NCBI GenBank assembly: GCA_036172245.1
Contig: JAYWIR010000002.1
Location: 930,001 to 994,000, forward strand
DNA: 64,000 nucleotides
Direction of reading: 5' to 3'
DNA from: Raillietiella orientalis
Taxonomy: Eukaryota
Both the position numbers and the translations under genes were made by a program. The notes below the pieces were generated by a model. That model saw only the letters and a list, made by a program, of their open reading frames with translations, was not told the DNA's origin and made no database searches. Below, in pieces: positions 11,675 to 25,870 of the stretch; position 1 is the first letter of the stretch, and the number at the start of each line of letters is the position of its first letter.

Positions 11675-12955
11675 CTGGAATAGTGGTACGAACAGTGAGC
11701 TTCCGTGCTTCGTCGACAACCGAGCGGCTTTGTCCACCTCCCGAGCGGCTTTACCGTTTGAATGGACGTTTGTTTTGTTTTTTCTTCCTGCAAGCAAAGT
11801 CGCCCTTCCCATCACAGGATTATTCATGCAAGAACAAAAAAACACATACAGGAAGAAAAAAAAAAAAAAAAAAAATCGTATTGAAATGAGTGATGCAATC
11901 ATTAAGTGGAGAGGGGACTACAGGAAACGATCAATTAAGTCCAAACTTCCTTCTTTACTTTGCAAACCGCTTCTTTTCCTTCCTATTAATAAAGTGTTTT
12001 AAATGGAAAAGAATAATCCGCAAAAAGTCTCGGTAATCCGAACGCACCGCACGAGAAACACCGCTACATTTAAGGGATACTCATCTGCCAAAATTCAAGC
12101 CTGCAAAAAAGAGGAAAGAAGGATTCCAAAGCGCTCCTCCTATCCTTCCAGACACCTATCAGCACCGATGGTGACAGCAGGAGTTATTCGAGCGCGCTTG
12201 CTTTAGTTATTATTAGTAGAGCACAAAGAGCTCCAACCGACAAATGTAAACAAACACAACGATGCGCAGGCTTTTTATTTATTTATTTGTTTATTATTAT
12301 TATTATTATTCGTATTACGATCACTATCCTTTATCAACAGGTTGCAAGCATTTTATTTACGCCGTCCGTCTGCGCGGGAGCGTTTCTTCCTGCGTCCGAC
12401 CCCATACTCGTCGGAATGTCGGTATCTTTTAGGAGGAGGAAGGAAAGGAGGGAAAAAAAAGAGAGAAAAAAAAAAAAAAAAAAAAAAAAAGGAAAGGAGA
12501 TTCCCGGTGGCAGGCAAATCAGATCGACCATTTTCACTTTTGAGGATTTGATTGCATGGATGGCGTGCGCGAGCTCGTGGAGGGAATCCATTCATCCTGT
12601 TCGTCGCGGGATGGATCGCGGCTCCCGCATTGTTCGGCAGATCCCACCGGGCACCGCGGCCGAGCGGATGGGATTCGCTGGATCGTGTCGAAGAGCAAAA
12701 CTGGATTGGCGTTCCGGACGAAAGGGGACACTTTTTGCGAAAAAGCAGCAGCGGCTTGTTTTCGATATACTCGAGAGAACGGGAACAATTAAATTACCAT
12801 TTCTTTCCAGCATCCGCCTCCACGTCGTTGTGTGGATGTTTTACGACATTGAAACGAAATCACCGGGGGTGTTCCGGCTGTGAAAACAAGGTACGTAGCG
12901 TGTGCCGAGAGGATCCCTGCGTCTGATGAATTCGACGCGCGCCTCTCTTAAATAC

Positions 12956-12958
<3 letters not shown>

Positions 12959-12988
<30 letters not shown>
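12959..12988. repeat. (AG)15 microsatellite
   Basis: Read directly from the sequence. Confidence 0.95.
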
Positions 12989-12995
<7 letters not shown>

Positions 12996-15900
12996 AGAAC
13001 ATAGAAGGTCAGCCATGGCTGCAAGTGAAGAATGTAGAATGTAGTCACCATCAGGAGGAGTAAACTCACAGGATGCTCTTTCTTTCTTTCTTTTTTTGCT
13101 GCTCCTGGCACCGAAGATGGGGGGAAAAAAAGGAAGAAGAAAGACCCAAGCCAGGAGAAAATTTTCCTTCTGGCTCGCAGGGGAACACCAACAGCCGCCG
13201 AGGTGGCGAAGTGTTTTCCTTTACCCGACCAGCGGAATTCGTTTCCATTAATTCGGAGAAGGCATGGCTTTCGTCTCGTGCAGGCGGACGGTTACACTCA
13301 GCGGATGATGATGCAGGAGCGGAGAGATGCTGCCGGGAATCAACAATTTTGCTTATCGGTCGTAAATTGCGATATCCAATCGACACTCCGAGAGGATGGT
13401 TCCAGGCGTCCTATTTGAGAATCAGGAATTTCGGTTCCAAGCGGGAGACGGGGGCCATCGATCAAGGGAAAGAATGACGCTTTCGCAGGGACCATCCGTG
13501 GACTTCCTCCGCCGCACCGGAGTTGTGCGGATCTCGTGCTTGGAGGATTTATCTCCACGGGTGCGTTGGGGATCGAAGGAATCCGAAAACATGTTTGATT
13601 TCCTTCACAACAGGTTTCGAACCTAATTGGGAAATCGTATACTTGTAAATGCGTTCGGATGACGTAACGAAGCGATGCTCTCGAAGATAGGACTCACCTG
13701 TCCTCCGGGTCGAACGCTGCCAGAGCTGCTGTAATGAAAATGCGGCAATTCGTACCAATTTTCGCTGTTGTGTCCGTATGCAGCGTGGGGCGGCAAGCTG
13801 TCTTGTGATCGTCCCTCCCATTCTCGAAAATAGGAGCAGAGAATAAAGAAAATAAACGCGGAGGACAAACGCAAGGAGAGTTCTCGGTTCGTAAAACTCC
13901 ACGTTCCCTTCAAAACCGTTAGTCAGTTCCGAGGAACTGAACTTCGGGCACAAGGATCAGAGTGCTTTTCCTCCCGTGTTATTAAAATAAGCGTCGAGCA
14001 ATCCAACGAATGTAAAAAAAAAAAAAAAAACAATTTGGATCCGTTGCGAGGCATGCGCTTCCCAGGTGGCAGTCCCTCGAAATTTTCTCCACCCGCAGGA
14101 GAGGAAAGTATCTATTCTTCAATCGCCCGAACTCGGCTGCATTTCGGATGAAATGAAACCAAGTTTCATTTCGCCCGCAATGTTCCTCTCTCTGAACCTG
14201 CTCACCTTATCTTCTAAAGACGCTTGCGCCCTAGCGGCTGAGGAAGGTGAAAGAGATGGAATCCCATGGCTTCCGATTCGACTCACATAAGTGGAATGCA
14301 ACGCTCCAGCGTGGAAGAACGGAACGAAGCTCGGAAAAAAGGATTCAGCACCTTGGAAGGGCACAGGTAAAAGCGGGGGTCCAGCCAGCTTCTGCATCCT
14401 TTCGTGAGACGCGTTGTGCAAGATGTGCGCTCGGGGTTGGCTTGATATGCGACCGTGAAGAATTCTCACTTTTCGAAGGAACCGTTCCCATAGTGAGCTG
14501 CGGAAACCTGCGAATTTCTCATCGGTTCGCCTAAATGGACCGGTTCGCAGATCAGACCGGCAGAAGACGGGATTCTGCAGCCTTCAGAATGTGATTCATG
14601 CGAGCCAACATTTCATCCTCTTTCATTTGTTCTTCGCATCGCTCTAGAAGCAAGCCAGGATTTCTTCCAGGAGACTGAAATACGTGCGGTGGTTTTGAAA
14701 TGCGGGTCGTGCTCCAATGATTTGCTTTCTTTAGGGATGGCTTCCTTGCTCTTATGGTTCCAATGATTGTGGGAAATAGTTTGTTCCATTTCCCAATGAA
14801 GTGGATGAAATCCCACAGAGAATACAATGGAATGGTGTGCTGCTTTCCGCCAAAAATGAATGGGGCATTATTCCCGTTTGTTTCTCAAAAACAGGAGCAG
14901 TTCACGAGAGAGGAGGGAGGACGACTTTTGTTTTTCTGTAACGCTGAACTCCTCCAAGAAGAATTCGGCTTTCATTATCAGTTCCGCCGTAGACGAACTG
15001 TGCTGCAGGTACAGAAACCAGCTGACACCTTAATAGAGGTAGCAGGCCAAAATAGCTCGCAAGCAATCCATCATTCCAAGAGTGCGATACCTCTTAAAAA
15101 CCAGAATTTTGCATTTAAGAAAAGAACCTGGGTGGTAGAAACTTTTCTCCTGCACACAAAAGAGGATGGCGGAGGAACCGGAAAGGAGAGCTTTCTTTTC
15201 TTAAGTGGACTGCAGCTTTTTTCGCATCTCATCACTTCCTGGGTTTTGTATGCGGTCCATTATAGAAAGGTTTAGGAGACGAAACGAGAATGAAACAAAA
15301 TTTTGAAGAATCATGACGACACGAGATGAAATACTGCAGGGAATACGTATCGGATAAGCTGCATGCAATCCTTTAAGGATGGGCAAGGGTCTAAATCAAA
15401 ATGGGTTTCAAGTGCTCAACAAAATAGGACCCAAGGAACTGAGAAATTGAAGTCACTTTGCAAAAACGAGAGATTGTGGAAGCAGAACAAGAGTTATCTC
15501 TTGCATCTCCGAAGGAAGATCCCGCATCCACATGGCAGCAGTTTATGTGATGATGATGAGTCCATCAAGGTGTTTAAAGAATAAATTCTTTCTTCGGCCT
15601 TCGCAACGTGAAACAATCTCTCCCTGTGTGCGTGCGAGATGAATTCCTCAATGCGGAAATAATGATAAAATACTAAACAGACCTCCCGATCGTTCTGTTT
15701 CAGGTGGTCCAGAACGCATTCTCGCTCTTGGAAAAGGAGCTCAGCAAACAAGTTTTGCTTCAAATCTACAAGAGGTACTCAGACGAGAGATTTGTTCCGC
15801 TCATCGAGCAGTGCATTCGAAACTTCTATAAAAATTCTATGAATGAGTCATGGCACAACAGGGGGGCGGTTCGCTGAAAATTCTCTTTCCCGGAGACTCT

Positions 15901-18900
15901 TCTCGAAGCAGCTCCTGTGAAGATTTGGTGCCGTGAAACAAATCAGAGTCGATGTGGCTCCCGAGCTACCGTGTGACCCCAAGGTACAGGGATGCACACG
16001 GAAATATTCTTAAAGAGTCTTATTCTGCACGAAAGTGCTTCTTAGAGGGCAATGGCGCCGCTGCTCTTGCAGAATGAGGAATCAAAAACACTCGAAGACT
16101 CTCGAGGCCACAAGGAATTCCTTCTTCCTCCAACACCGTGGAGCCTGCTCCACGGTGTTGAGAATGTGCCGTATGGGATGGTAACTTGTTTCCTTAGAAG
16201 TGCCTTCTTCTTATCGTCCACGAAAGAAAAGGCGAAGCGGTTGCTTCAGACAGGTAAGACTTGAGAAAGCGATCACACGGAGAGATAGCACCTTTGAGGT
16301 ATTCACAGGCGAAGAAGACCGCAAGGCTACCTTCTACTCCCAACCTAGAACTAAGGATCTCTCAGAAGCTCAGCATAGCGACCGAAGAATAGGTGAGATG
16401 ACAGCATCCAAGAGACGGTTTCACTTAAGGGTCCTTCGCTTCCAGGGAGAAGAAAGAAAAGGCGAAGAAGGCATGAAACCGGAACTTTGTGTTTTCATTC
16501 GAGTCCAGTAGCTCTTGGGAAAGTGAGCACACGTTTACACGCTGTCTGCCAAAGAACATGTCACTGCGGTGTTTTTTTTGCTGGGATTTTTCAATGTTGC
16601 CTTTCAAGAGCGTATGTGGGCAAGCGGCTGCACTGCTCGCAGCTGCACATGAAAGCTGGCCATAAGTTCTCTAAACTACACGGCATTCCTTCCTCCAACG
16701 CCAAATGAAACCACTTCGCGCAAAAATCGATAGCGGGGATGAATTTAAAAATGAGGATGAGGAAGGATAAAAGAACGAGGACCCGGAAACGTTCTCGGGT
16801 TTCGCCCTTTCAAAACGAAAACCTCGCAAGCGTGGAATTTCTGTAGACGATCCGAACTTCTATAAGTCTTCCTACGCTTTCACGGATTCTATGAGTCGAG
16901 AGCATTTCTGGGATCATGGCAACACTAATTGTAGCTCGGAAACTCGACATAACCTCCTTTCCTGGATGCCATAAAAACCATCATAAAAATGCGGCTGGCT
17001 CAAGTGCGTTCGAGTCAGTTAATTTTCAACTGCGTTCTTGCTGCCCAGAAACAACAAGGCTGAAGAAAACAAGGAGAATCTTCAAACTCTGATCAAGAGC
17101 TCTTGAAGCGGATAGGGTGACACTAAATCTGAAAAGCCTCTAAGCCCGCAAGGCAATCTCAATACGAGGATTCACAATAGAATCTTGGCGGATGCTCTTA
17201 ATGAGATGGGAGGATACTTGTGCTTACTCTCGAGCACATGTGCATATTCCAATAGGATAAAAGAGGATACACGCTGAATTCAGAAAACGCAGCTATAAGC
17301 CAGAACCTTCAAATACAGGAGAAAAAAAAAAAGAACTTGACCCGATCGCTCCTTTCTCTCAAACCACCCTGACTGAAAACAAAATATACAAAGAGGGGAC
17401 AGCGCTTTGCAAATTCGTCCCGTTTGTGGGAAGCCTGGGTGAGAGTCGGTGTTCCAAAAGTGGAAGAGACATCTTGTGGAAGGGCAGCTAACTGGCAGTG
17501 CATTCGACCACACGCTTCCGGTATTGCTTTTTCCAGATTAACGGCTCATGCCTCCAGCACCGCGTTCCGTCAACGTCCGTCAGCAAGAATTTGATCTCCG
17601 AAGTCACCTTCTCCACGACCGCAGGTCACTCTCACGGCAACGCCCGTGCGCCGCATCAGGTGGCTGGGGCCACGGAAAAGATTCCACTTCGTGCCAGAAG
17701 GCAAGACCGACTCAAGACCGTCAATGCAAGATCGAGAAGAGGTTGACTAAGGCGGAGAAGATTCGGGGACTGGATCCATCAGCATCGGCACCGTTTCCGG
17801 ATTTTTCCCTTCTAGCAGAAGCAAAAGCGGACCCTTGCACGATCTAGCCGATCAGAACGCTCCCGAAGCAAAACTGGGTCCTTCGTTGCATTCGGAGAAA
17901 AGGAGCAATGAGGACACTTAGAGAGATGAACTTATGGAGCTGGGACATCGGTCACCTCTTGGGTAGGCGGAGCGAAACCGCATCTCAGTTTCGAGTGGGT
18001 GACGAAGAATCCCTTGAACGTAGCACGGTAAGCGAAGGTTCAGGGAGGATCTTTTCGGTCCTCTCCTGCAGCGACCGCCGAAGACGCTGTCGGATTCCAC
18101 ACGACGCAAAGCTCGGTTTTCCCTTCCTAGCGAAGCACGGGGGAGCGATCCTTGCGATGGTACTCGAGGGTCAAGCTGCGGAACTGCCGACGCAAGGCTA
18201 TAGATCTCCCGCCGCTTTCACGGAAGGGAGAGGGGGTGAGAGAGGGGAGGTTAACGCTGCTGGACGCGTTTACTCGGTGACGGCGTTCGGAACGCGCGGC
18301 AACGGTGTTCTCCTGTCTCCTGAAATGAGCGGTTCGCCTGTCTCGCGACAAGCCGCTGCTGCGAGAGCTCCCGGAGAGCGACTACTGCTCATGCGCTAAA
18401 CGGCATTCGCGGGAGAGACGGGATGATGGAGAGCAGGGAGGGTGGTCTCTCCCGAGACTCCTCCGCATTCACTCGGGCGAGGGATCACACTGCCAACTGC
18501 GGGGCCCTCCAGCGCTCGCTCCAAACGCACCGAGGGGGTCCCGTTCCGGGAAACGGGAGCGCGCAGGTCAACCGGAAACGCGAGAAGCAGCCGGAGAGAT
18601 TTCGCCAGGGGATCCGGGATCCTACCGCCCCAACTCCAGGATTATGGGGAATGGGATGCTCAACGCGCGAAGGAGTGGTTCGGTCGTGAATCCGTTGCTG
18701 CGTGCTTGCCGCCAGAGGGGCGGGAAGCCGTTGGCGGAAGCAATGCGGCTGGAGGAACCGTGAACTTCATCTCGAGCTGCATTCGCTTACGTCATCTCTT
18801 TTCTCAGAATGTGCGAGCAGTAGGAAAAGAGGGGGAGGGATGGAGAAAAAGAGAGAGAGAGAGAGGGAGAAAAAAAAAAAAACACACACACACACACACA

Positions 18901-20720
18901 CACACCAAAAAGACGGAGATGCAGCGAGCTAGAAAGCTCGGTTGTTTCCGTTGCGGAGAAGACATCGCGTGAGTCTAGGAGCAGCCCTGTGGAAACTCTA
19001 GAGGCCCGAGCTCAGCGGTGCCTTGCCCCCGGTGGTCGGGCGGAGGGTGTCCCAGGTGGGAAGGAGGGAGCCGGCTTTCTGGCCGGCACACCCTCGCAAA
19101 AAGAGCGGGCGGATCATGGCGAACGGCGGACCGCCCTACCGCTACCCGCGTGGCTGCATCCTCGGTCCTGTGAAAACACGGGGAACACCCAGATCCCGTT
19201 GCCATCGAATCGGAACTCGCAAACGAGGACTTCCCGAGTCCATTCCGGGAGCGAACTCTGAGAGCGATGAAGTGATAAGGGAGGAGGAGGGAGTCGAGTG
19301 TGGTGGAAAGGAAATCCCCCCTCGTTCCGGGGATCTGGAAGGATGAAATCATCACCTCCGAGGGGGCAGAAGAGGCAGGTGGACCACGCGAGGGTGTGCT
19401 CATCGCAAGCGACGGGGCTGCCGACGGGCGGCATCTCTCGAGAGCTGCTGCACGTCAGGGAGATGGTGCGAGTGACGCAGAAAGGCCTCCAATCTGCTTG
19501 ACCCCCTGGGGGTGGATCCAGGAAGGTCTGTCCCTGCGTCTGCGGAGATTCCACCCCTCCAGGCTCAGCCGTTGCTGACCAGCTGCGCACCACGTCTCCG
19601 GCAAACCTCCACGCCAGTGCGCTTCGCTTGCGGAGGGCGTGACCCTCGCGCCAAGAAGCAGGAGTCCGAGTCGCCACTCCTCCTCTGAGGAGTGGCGATG
19701 TTCTCGAGGTGGGGGGACGCATCTGGTGGCCACCCAGTCGCGGGAAGGGCGTTAGGATCGATCGCTCCTCACCATGGAGACGAGGGAGTATCTCGGCTAA
19801 GGTGCACTTTTTGAACTCAGCGGAACAGTCAGCACGATCAAGCCGGACAGAGCACGTCTCCTGGTCATATTCCCCCTCTCCTGTGCTGCCGATGCAGCAC
19901 TGCCTCCTGCCGGCTGTCTTTTCGTTCGCTCAAGCTCGCCGCGCACAGACACCGTCCTCAACCGCGCATCAACCTGCAGCTGATAGCGGAGTGTTTCTAG
20001 CGGCAGCAGCCACCACCACCGAAGAGCAATAGAAAGGAAAAAAGAACAAGAAGCGAGCGCTCGCAGTCCTGGATCCCATCTTCCTGTCTGTGCCCGGCCT
20101 AAATTAGGGGAGGGAAGTGGTTGGGGAGAACGAGCTGTCTTCGGGAGACGACGAGAGGAGAAGCTCAAAGACGCTGTCGAACCACCGCAGAGCTCAGGAG
20201 GAAAAAAGAAAAGAAACGGACGTGGGCGCGAGGAGACTGCAGAGACACCCACGGCAGAGAAGATGCGCACTCGTTCATCCAAGCCGAGCCGGAATTTCCA
20301 CGTGGGTAGGGAGAAGTTACGGGTCAGAGGTGGAGGAGTCGAGCTCCTCGAGCGGAGGTCAACCAAGCCCTTTGTCTTCCTTCATCCCCCTTGCTGCGTG
20401 TGTGGTTCCCTTCCCTTTCCCTGGAAAACTTCTGCTGTCATGGGTGGCTGATGGGCAGACAGCTTCGGGAGCCGACCCTCGCCGACGATTCGGCATCTGC
20501 GGAAGGCGCGCAGGACTCCCTTTTCGCCCCCGACTGGCCGGGAAAAATATGAAGAACGGTCCGTCCCATGGGAGCAAAGCCCTGCCGCAGAAACTCTTGA
20601 GCTTCCAAAGCAGGACTTGGGAGAAGGAGTGGGAAAGAAAGAGGATGAGGAGATCGAAGGGATGCCGGCAGAAAAGGGGGGGGGAGAGAGAAATAAAAAA
20701 TAAAAAAAAGGGCGCTCTAC

Positions 20721-20900
20721 CTCTTTGTCTTTCGAAATCAGGTCGGCCTCCAGCGAGGACCGTGAGACCAGGTCGACGGCTTTCTTCATCTCCTCCGCCT
20801 TGCTCTTCGAGGGTTCCTCGTAACTCTTGGAGAGGTTCTGCGTCGTGATGGCCAGCTGCTCGCGTAACTGGCTCGCTTCTTTCTCCGCCAGGCTTGCACG
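20721..20900 (-). CDS. cut: cut coding exon 2, coiled coil (RASLAEKEASQLREQL...SRSSLEADLISKDKE)
   Basis: Acceptor cctttcccgttccag|CGT, donor AAAGAG|gtagag, 180 nt, phase 0/0. Resembles CUX1/CASP RAEVAQREAETLREQL...TRSSLEVELAAKERE. Confidence 0.93.
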
Positions 20901-23900
20901 CTGGAACGGGAAAGGACAATCACTGATCCCGTGCCTAGATGCGGACGACCCGACCCGGCGACCCACATCCAGGGTCACATGGCTGGGAGCGGGAGTGCGT
21001 GGATCCTCCTCCGAGGAGCTCCCTCGCTGCGAAAAGCACACAAAGGACTCCCACGCGGGACCTCGCCATCCACCGGCCCACCCCCACACTGCTCCTGCCT
21101 GGAAGGGGCGAAGGCAGCTTCCCCGACAGTCCCTCTCCATCCTGGAAGTGATCCCCTGCTTGGCGCGAGGCCGTTCTCGGCTTCCTCTCCGGGAAGCGGT
21201 CAGTACTTGTGACACTCCCGGGTCTCTTCGTCTCACTTGTGAGACAAAAAGAGTCAGGAGGACCCACAGGAGGAGGAGCTACTTCCGTTTAACCCGCAGC
21301 TGCCTCGGGTACTTCCTCTCTCTTCCTGCGCGAAACTCTTGAGCCTTGAGGGCGACGGGAAAACGCGGACGGGCACAGGAAAGGATGGATAGGGAGGAGG
21401 TCAACTGCATAAAGGTGGAGGGCACTCTGGTAACGCCGCGGCGCTCCTGCAGGGATGCGAAGGCATTTTCTCGACTCGCGCGTGGTGGTGGCTTCCCGGA
21501 GCAGTGCCACCCGGAAGGCTCCTCCAGCAGTTCCGCGACATTCCGGAGCGCGGACATTCCTGGATCGGGAATGCCCGCGTCCCGGAATGGAGCAACGCTG
21601 CGAAAGTTCCGTCGCCTCTCCCCTCCTCTCAGTTTGCTCCTCGTTGACCTCTTCCCGACAGCTCGAGGATTTGTTCCCTTCGTTCGAAAGATCCAAGGTC
21701 CGTTTTTCACGGGACAGGAGGAGAGTCGTTTCCTGGGGCACGGAGAAAGGGAAGGAGGATGAGGATGAGGAAAGACTTCACACCTGCAGCTTCTGCGAGC
21801 TCGCGGGAGAGAGTGTGGGATCTCCGACAGGGGCGGGAGCGGTAGAAACGTGAGCGCCTTCCTCGTCCATTCTGGGCGGCGGCTGCTCAAAGGGACGCGC
21901 CCGTGACAAGGGAGGTCGAAGAAGTCGCGTCTGCAGTGAACGCCACCGCTCGGTTTCCTCAATGGCAGCCTTCGGGTATGTCCGGCTGAGCGCACCAGGT
22001 ACGCAGAAAGGGGAGGAGGGAACATGGGAGGGAAGGGGAGTTCCGGGAATGGATGTAGCGAGATCACTCGCAACTTCTCCATCCATACCCGGCTGACCCG
22101 TTCTTCGTTTCTGAGGGAACAGCCGCCGGATTCCCCAGATGAGAAGGCCCAGTGGATCGGAGAGGACACTTCGAGAGGTCGTCCTCTTTTCTACCAACCC
22201 GTAGGAGCAAGGGAGAAAAAGAAGGAGGCAAAAAAAAGAAAAGAAAAGAGGCAAGCAGAAGCCACATTCTGGTCCCACAGGCGCGCCTTCGATCAACAGA
22301 GACGCGGGGAAGAAAGTCGACACACTCTCTAGATCCTGTTCGGGCCTCTTCTCCTCCCCTGTCGGGGGGGAGGACGAAGGAGATCGCTCGCGACCTTCCC
22401 CGCGCAAGGGACACCACGAGGAGCGATCCAGAGAACTCACGGGAGGAAGAGCGGTGCCCTCTGCGCTTTCGCAAGGAAACGGGGAGGAACTTCGTTTCCC
22501 CCTCCCCTTCTTTACTGCGAGGTATCCCGGCTGCCCGCCCGCCCATCCCGGTTCTCTAATCCTTTCGAGCGAGATCCAACAGCCAGTCGCGGCTTCCCGT
22601 CGCGCTGCGGCGGCGCCCGGAAGGAGCCAAGCCTCTCCTCCTGGGAAGCATCCTCTTTTTCCTCCTCCTCCCGATCCTGCGTTGTGGGAAGGAAGGTTCA
22701 CCTGGCGAGGGGGACGGCGGGGTCCCCTGTTTTCAGAGGGAACAGGAGAGGTCGCTTCCGAGAAGGTAGGAACGAGTCCACCAAGGGCTTGCCCGCCCTT
22801 CTGCTCCCGCCAAGCACCGCACGGAGCCTTGCGGAAGCGGGCGGAGGTTGTGGAGCTCGGCACCGGGAGGGCATTGGTTCGACCTCCTCCGGGTCTATTC
22901 TCGGTCGAAATGAGCTCCAAGAGGGGTGTTTGGAAGAGAAAGGGAAGGGAAGAGAAAAACGAGGAGGGAATGTCCAGGAGTGGCGGCACCTGACAACTCT
23001 GGTAAAACCCATCGTCTCTCTCGAGGCCTGGAGAGTGGTACCCATGGCAACACTCGTCCCTTTTCCTCTTGTGGTTTTCCTGCTTTTCCAGAAGGACTGT
23101 TCGCCCGGCCGACACTGCTTCGGGACAGGAAAGAGGAAGTAATGACAGGAAGAGAGAGGGGAGGTTGACCTTGATGATCCACCGCCCGTTCCTCGTGTCC
23201 GTGAGGGGCAGTAGGTCCACGCCCGGGGGGGATGGAGGCTCCGAAGCAGCGAAATTTGGATCCCCTCCCTGGGTACTTCCTCGAGAACTCACGGGAAAAG
23301 GGGCAGATCGGGGAAAGGGAAGGGACAGATGAGCGGTGCAGAGCTGTTCCAGGTCAACTGCCTCCGAGACCCTCCCGGAAGGGGGAGCAGCAAGCAATGA
23401 CGGCCAGCTCTCGTATCGGCGAGGTTCTCTCCTTTCCCCGTTGCCGTTCCTCTTTCAGGGACGGGACGCGTCTTTACTGGAGGGTTCGGAGGGTGTGTGG
23501 CGTCTGAAGGACCTGATTCTTCGGAGTCGCCGCCAGAAGGCGTCCCCTTGATGGGTCCCAGTGTGCAGTCGAAGGAGGTGGAGGAGGAAGAGGGAGAAGA
23601 AAAGAAGGAGAAGGAAACGGAGAGCTCCCTTCTCCCGAATCGGGAAATGTGGGAGCACTGATGAGGGTTTGCCGCAGCACGGCAGCACAGACTCAGCGTC
23701 TCGGATCTTCCTCTTCCCCTTCTCTTTCGTTCCTCCCCCCCCCCACACACACCTTTTTTTTCTTCCACGTCTCTTCCACTTTTCCTTGCTACCACGTACG
23801 CAAGTGCCGCGTCCCAATTTTCTCCTCCCCCCTCTCCCTGCTCCTTCCCCTGCGAGTTGCGTCACTGCGTGGCATCCGCTCGTTCCGGATGGCGGTCTCT

Positions 23901-25813
23901 CGCTCACCGCTCCCAGGAACGACATTGCCATCGTGAGTCGCCTCCATCTCGGGACGCCGAGGAAAGGAGGTGCAGTGAGGCAAAAAAAAAGAAGAGCAAG
24001 GGGAGAGGGAGAGGAGGGTGGGTAGGTCGTCTTATGCAAAGGCGAGGGAAGAGGGAGCCAGCATCCTGCGTCTCCTTTAACTTTCTCTCCCCCCCTTCCT
24101 CTTTCTCTTCTTCTCCGGCATGACGAAGAACGGGAGCTAAAGCAGGAAGAAGAGGAAGAAGAGGAGGAGGAATCCTACCAACCCGCTTCGTTTCTGGGGT
24201 GGACAGGCTTCGCCGACGGTGGGCACGCTCCCAGTGAGTCCCGTAGGGCACCTCGACGCGCAAGGCATTGGCAGGCGCCGACAAGCCAGAGTGCTCTTTA
24301 CGCGCTTCCTCCTTTCGCTCTTCCGGGAGCGCAGGCGCGGGGCGAAGCAGAGAGGATTGGGGGTGAGGGAAGGAGGAGGAAGGAATGAAGGGGGGGGGGG
24401 GAGGGATCTAAAGGCATCGTCCACGAAGGGAGGGAGGGAGTCTGAGCTCTCGGCGAAGACGGGAATAAGCGGTCACAGACGACGGGGGGCATGGGAAGGG
24501 AAGGGAGGGGAAACGGAAGAGGCGCCGCCGCCCCGCGGTGCGATCACGTGACGCCCTCCTGACGCGAGGAGGAGATTCATGGGCGGCGCACCGGATCCTC
24601 TCGCCCCTCGCGTGCGTGCGCTGCGGCGCGCTAGGTGCAACTTCCCGCCGGGCGCACCTGCCCTTCCCTCCGCCCTTGACGATCCGAAAAGAAGGAAGGG
24701 GAGGCACGCGCGCTGTGGTTTCCGAGGAGACTTGACCACCGTCACGGGGGTCATAGAAGGTGGACTGAAGGGTCCGCAGGCGCCGACTCCCCCAGGAGTC
24801 CGGGGGGAAGAAGACTGATACCTTGCCTGATCTTGACCCCTTCCGGGCGAGTACGGACCAGAATGGGAGGCTGAGGATCGCAGGGAGGAGGGAAGGGATC
24901 TTTGTGACATGGAGGAGGAGACAAGAGGGAGGACGGCAAGGAAAATGAATTGCTTCTCGGAGGCGCCCACAGACGGGAGAATGAGGTGAGAGAGTCCAGG
25001 AGACCTGAAGGCGTCCGGGAGTCCCTTCTGAGAGAGGGAGAACGGCTGCCTATGTGCAGACTCGGCGCGGAGATGCGCAGGGCCCGCACGAGAGAAATAC
25101 CGGCTGGACGCAGGGCAGATAGGGAGACCTTTCCTGGGAGGCCTGGCGCTTCTCCGCAAGCCGAAGGGAACCGGCGGGACAGGAGTGTCCCAAGTCAGGG
25201 GGGGAACTCCACGACGGCCTCCATGGGCGTTCGGCTGGGAGAGGGCCCAACCTTCCCGCACTCACTTGATTCCCTCTCCCTGGGAGAGGCGGAAGATGCG
25301 AGGAATCGGAACCTCTCTTCCTTTCGGAGGAGTGAGGGATCTCCCGGAGGTCCCCGAAGGCAGCTCCGCTGCGAAGGTGTCGGTGGCAAACTCTTTCCCT
25401 CCCCTTCCCAGAGTCAGCAGCAGCAATAGCGTACCCTGCCCGCAACCCGTCTTTGGAGCTACGGGGGATGGGAGGCAAACTTGGGACTCCGTTCTTCCGG
25501 ACAGGTGCCCGTCCTCCTCCCCTCCTCAGGGGACGACGTCGCGTCCGCCGGCACTTCCTCTGTCTTCCTCGGTGCTCGGGGCCTGCCTGAAGGCCAAGGA
25601 GGCTACCAGGCCGGGAGGACTGAGGAGGAGAGGAAGGGTTGCGGTGTCTCGGGTGCCCTAGCCTCGCCTTCTTCCCCATGCTGTGAGAACTCCGCCCCTG
25701 AGCCCCACCTCTCGGCTCCCCTCCGCTCTGCCCCCAGGGGGGGGCAGAGGGAGGGAGGAGAGAGGGTTAGGTGAGAGTTCCCTACCCCCCTAGGGCATGT
25801 AAAGAATACTGAC

Positions 25814-25870
25814 TTGCTGCCAGAACTGGGCCAGCAGGAAGATGCGGTCTTTCTTGAAGAGCCAGTCCAT
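25814..25870 (-). CDS. cut: cut/CUX homeobox gene, first coding exon (MDWLFKKDRIFLLAQFWQQ)
   Basis: ATG at 25870 followed by 19 codons and a donor CAGCAA|gtcagt (phase 0). The peptide matches the arthropod Cut N-terminal motif DW(L/F)FKKE.IYLLAQFWQQ, which is followed by RA.LAEKE as in the next exon. It is too short to appear in the ORF track. Confidence 0.93.

Larger units (their letters stand above)
1..25870 (-). other. cut: Span of the cut gene within the window (5 coding exons; continues past position 1)
   Basis: Introns between exons 1-5 are 4913, 9046, 2113 and 79 nt, all GT-AG. No CUT2, CUT3 or homeodomain exon was recognised in 1-8566. Confidence 0.85.

Noticed and set aside
21778..23397. 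539-aa ORF in the first cut intron
   Set aside because: Pro/Ser/Arg/Gly-biased with no recognisable domain. Several overlapping frames are open, as expected in GC-rich DNA poor in stop codons.
24822..24910. Possible alternative first exon MSQRSLPSS...DQA with an AAG|gtatca donor
   Set aside because: The donor is phase 2, incompatible with phase-0 exon 2, and there is no homology.
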